In this document: piece by piece, positions 21,845-24,000 of the stretch
How positions within the stretch are numbered: position 1 is the first letter of the stretch
Layout: each line of letters opens with the position of its first letter
Source: Candidatus Pacearchaeota archaeon
Lineage (GTDB): Archaea; Nanobdellota; Nanobdellia; Pacearchaeales; GW2011-AR1
Length of the DNA stretch: 24,000 nt
Assembly (NCBI GenBank): GCA_041659945.1
Contig: JBAZXH010000001.1
Coordinates: 363,395-387,394, forward strand
Direction of reading: 5' to 3'
The notes under the pieces: generated by a model
What the model was told of the DNA's origin: nothing
The model's input: the letters and a program-made list of their open reading frames with translations, nothing else
The model's database searches: none
Position numbers and translations under genes: made by a program

Positions 21845-23845
21845 ATGGCAACACAACTTACTTTTAATGCAGATGGCAGCATCAAAATTCCCCGTGAGAT
21901 TGAAAATGATGTTCCGGAATTTGAAGATTTGAAAAGCCAGGCAAAAGAATTAGACATCTGGGATTTTACTGAAAAGATTGATTTTGATGAAAAACATTAT
22001 AATCTTGAGGATGAAGTATTTGGATTTAATTTATATGAAGATGGCAGGAAGTTGAAGCCATTAATTTTTTCAAATGGTAAGAGTCAAGAAGATGTTTTTA
22101 AGGAAATATTAAAAAATATTAATAATGGGAAGAGAGTAATTTTTGTGCGAGGTGTTTGTGGTACTGGAAAAAGTGCTATTGCATTGAATCTTGCAAAAGA
22201 ACTTGGAAAAACAAGCATTGTTGTTCCTGGAAAAGCTCTTCAGAAACAATATGCTTTAGATTATTCGAAATCAAAATATATTCTTAAAAATGATCATAAA
22301 AAGCTGAAAATTAGTATTATAACTGGTAGAGAAAATCACTCTTGTCTTTATTCTAAAGGTTGCAGTGCAAATGATCAGAATTTACCATGTAAAATTGAAA
22401 TAAAAGAAGGCAATGTTGAATTTTTGCAAAGATATTTAAAAGAAAATAATCGTGATCCAGATCTTGAAGTTAAAGATATAAGAAGAATTTCAATAGCTCC
22501 GGCATGTCCCTATTGGAGCCCGATAGTTCCTTCAGAATATGAATTCCCTCTTGGTGCAAAAAAGAAAATAAAATATGCTGGATTAAATGGAATTGATTTT
22601 ACAATTTATAATAGAAAAGAGGGTTGTGGTTATTATGGTCAGTTTAATTCTTATGTTGATGCTGAGGCAATTGTTTTTAATTCAATGAAATATAAACTTG
22701 AGAGTTTGATGAATCGAAAACCTCAGACTGAAGTTGAAATAATTGATGAGTGTGATGAGTTTTTAGATAGTTTTTCAAATGTAAAGCGAATTAATTTTGC
22801 TAGATTTTTTAATGCACTGTTGAGTTTAAATTTCGAAAATAGTGCACTTAAGGTTTTAGTTAAAAGTCTTTATAATTTAGTTTCAGATGTAATAAATGAT
22901 GAGTATACTAAGCATTTGGCTAATACTGGGGAAATAATCAAGTTAAAAAATACTAAGCTTTATGAGATCTTAAATTTCTTTTTAAAAAACTCGGCTTTGG
23001 TTGATTCTCTTGATGAGGAGAATTATATTCATTCAGTTGTTGAGATTGCTCTTGAATTTGAAGAGCTTTTTGATGATACATTTGTTACATTTTCTCAGGA
23101 GGAAAGAGGCATCATTGCAAATGTTGCAACTGTGAGTTTATCTAAAAAATTTGAAGAACTTTTGGATAAGAATAAATTTTTAGTGTTGATGTCTGGAACA
23201 ATTCATTCTGTTGGTGTGTTGAGAGATATATTTGGAATAACGGATTTTGTAACGGTTGATGCAGAAACAATTAATCAAGGTAGTGTTGAGGTTAAATATA
23301 CTGGTTTGGAGATGGATTGTAAATATGAAAATTTTGCTAGTGGTAATTTTTCAAGACAGCAGTATTTAGAAGCTTTGGATAAATGTGTTGAAATTGCTAA
23401 TAAACCTGTTTTAATTCATGTTAATGCTTTTGAAGATTTGCCAACAATTGGAGAAAAAAGTGTTTATAATCTCAAAAATTTAATTGCAAGAGAAAAACTT
23501 TATGAGACTCAACAGGAAGATAGGGAAAATAAAATTGTTGAAAAGTTTAAGAATAAAAGCACTGATGTTCTTTTTACAACAAAGTGCAATCGGGGAGTTG
23601 ATTTTCCTGGAGATCAATGTAGAAGTATAATTTTTACAAAGTATCCTAATCCAAATGTTCAATCGGTTTTTTGGAAGATGTTGAAGAAAACACATCCCCA
23701 GTATTACTGGGAATTTTATAAAGATAAGGCTAGAAGAGAGTTTTTACAAAAGTTATATCGTGGAGTTAGAAGTAAGGACGATCATATTTCTTTGCTTTCG
23801 CCAGATATTAGGGTTTTGAATGCTGCTAATTTGCTTGGTTTTTAA
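21845..23845 (+). CDS. XPD/Rad3 (DinG)-family helicase-like protein
   Basis: Walker A is GVCGTGKSAIAL and motif II is IIDECDEF. Four Cys lie between them (HSC...GC...PC...PACPYW), as in the XPD Fe-S domain. The C-terminal NRGVDFPGDQCRSIIFTKYP resembles helicase motif VI of this family. Confidence 0.7.
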   Translation: MATQLTFNADGSIKIPREIENDVPEFEDLKSQAKELDIWDFTEKIDFDEKHYNLEDEVFGFNLYEDGRKLKPLIFSNGKSQEDVFKEILKNINNGKRVIFVRGVCGTGKSAIALNLAKELGKTSIVVPGKALQKQYALDYSKSKYILKNDHKKLKISIITGRENHSCLYSKGCSANDQNLPCKIEIKEGNVEFLQRYLKENNRDPDLEVKDIRRISIAPACPYWSPIVPSEYEFPLGAKKKIKYAGLNGIDFTIYNRKEGCGYYGQFNSYVDAEAIVFNSMKYKLESLMNRKPQTEVEIIDECDEFLDSFSNVKRINFARFFNALLSLNFENSALKVLVKSLYNLVSDVINDEYTKHLANTGEIIKLKNTKLYEILNFFLKNSALVDSLDEENYIHSVVEIALEFEELFDDTFVTFSQEERGIIANVATVSLSKKFEELLDKNKFLVLMSGTIHSVGVLRDIFGITDFVTVDAETINQGSVEVKYTGLEMDCKYENFASGNFSRQQYLEALDKCVEIANKPVLIHVNAFEDLPTIGEKSVYNLKNLIAREKLYETQQEDRENKIVEKFKNKSTDVLFTTKCNRGVDFPGDQCRSIIFTKYPNPNVQSVFWKMLKKTHPQYYWEFYKDKARREFLQKLYRGVRSKDDHISLLSPDIRVLNAANLLGF

Positions 23846-23931
23846 ACTTTTTGCTGAATATTTTTTGATTTTTTGAATGGTTTATGCTTAATAATGTTTA
23901 TATATTAAGTTTTAGTCTTATTTTTGTAAAA

Positions 23932-24000
23932 ATGAGGTTAAGAAACGAACTTTTAGTAGTTGTATTTATAGCTCTGCTAATGGCAGTAGTTTTTAGTAGT
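23932..24000 (+). CDS. 5' end of a membrane/secreted protein gene (runs off window)
   Basis: ATG followed by MRLRNELLVVVFIALLMAVVFSS, a signal/TM-like hydrophobic segment. Only 23 codons are visible. Confidence 0.3.
   Translation, partial: MRLRNELLVVVFIALLMAVVFSS

Noticed and set aside
1-24000. CRISPR arrays, rRNA genes, transposases/IS elements, integrases, reverse transcriptase/DGR repeats
   Set aside because: I looked for regularly spaced repeats, rRNA-like GC-rich blocks, and DDE, tyrosine-recombinase or RT motifs in the ORF translations, and found none.

Overview
This is an AT-rich archaeal chromosomal segment. It carries archaeal-type PheRS alpha and beta subunits, Trm5, TrmB and Lrp/AsnC regulators, and tRNA genes with bulge-helix-bulge introns. 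I infer, but cannot show without a search, that it comes from a small-genome DPANN-like archaeon.

The recognisable core is pheS-ASCH-pheT, trm5, an XPD/Rad3-like helicase, an MscS channel, a SAM methyltransferase, an AbrB/PhoU-like regulator, a stand-alone EF-Tu-domain-2 protein and three tRNAs (Glu-CUC, Gln-CUG, Thr-GGU). Three type II toxin-antitoxin pairs and a PIN-domain gene are also present.

About a dozen ORFan genes sit between these in small islets (54-725, 1604-4078, 5215-6284, 6957-7622, 15193-16274, 19978-20466). Their proteins look compositionally unlike the Lys/Ile/Asn/Glu-rich housekeeping proteins.

I found no CRISPR array, rRNA, transposase, integrase or reverse transcriptase.

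The most unusual signals are non-coding and linked to tRNAs:
- tRNA-Glu carries a 154-nt intron, while its neighbour tRNA-Gln has an 18-nt intron with the same splice geometry.
- Both of these tRNAs are followed by elements that repeat the tRNA's own 3' end. The two elements share a 29-nt hairpin module with a compensatory stem change.
- A toxin-antitoxin (TA) cassette is bracketed exactly by an 11-bp repeat of the tRNA-Thr 3' end.
- A 40-bp near-perfect direct repeat brackets a single ORFan gene next to a relBE pair.

The best protein-level candidate for an undescribed system is the four-gene, translationally coupled ORFan operon divergent from the TrmB regulator (1604-3115). I could not assign it a function from sequence alone.
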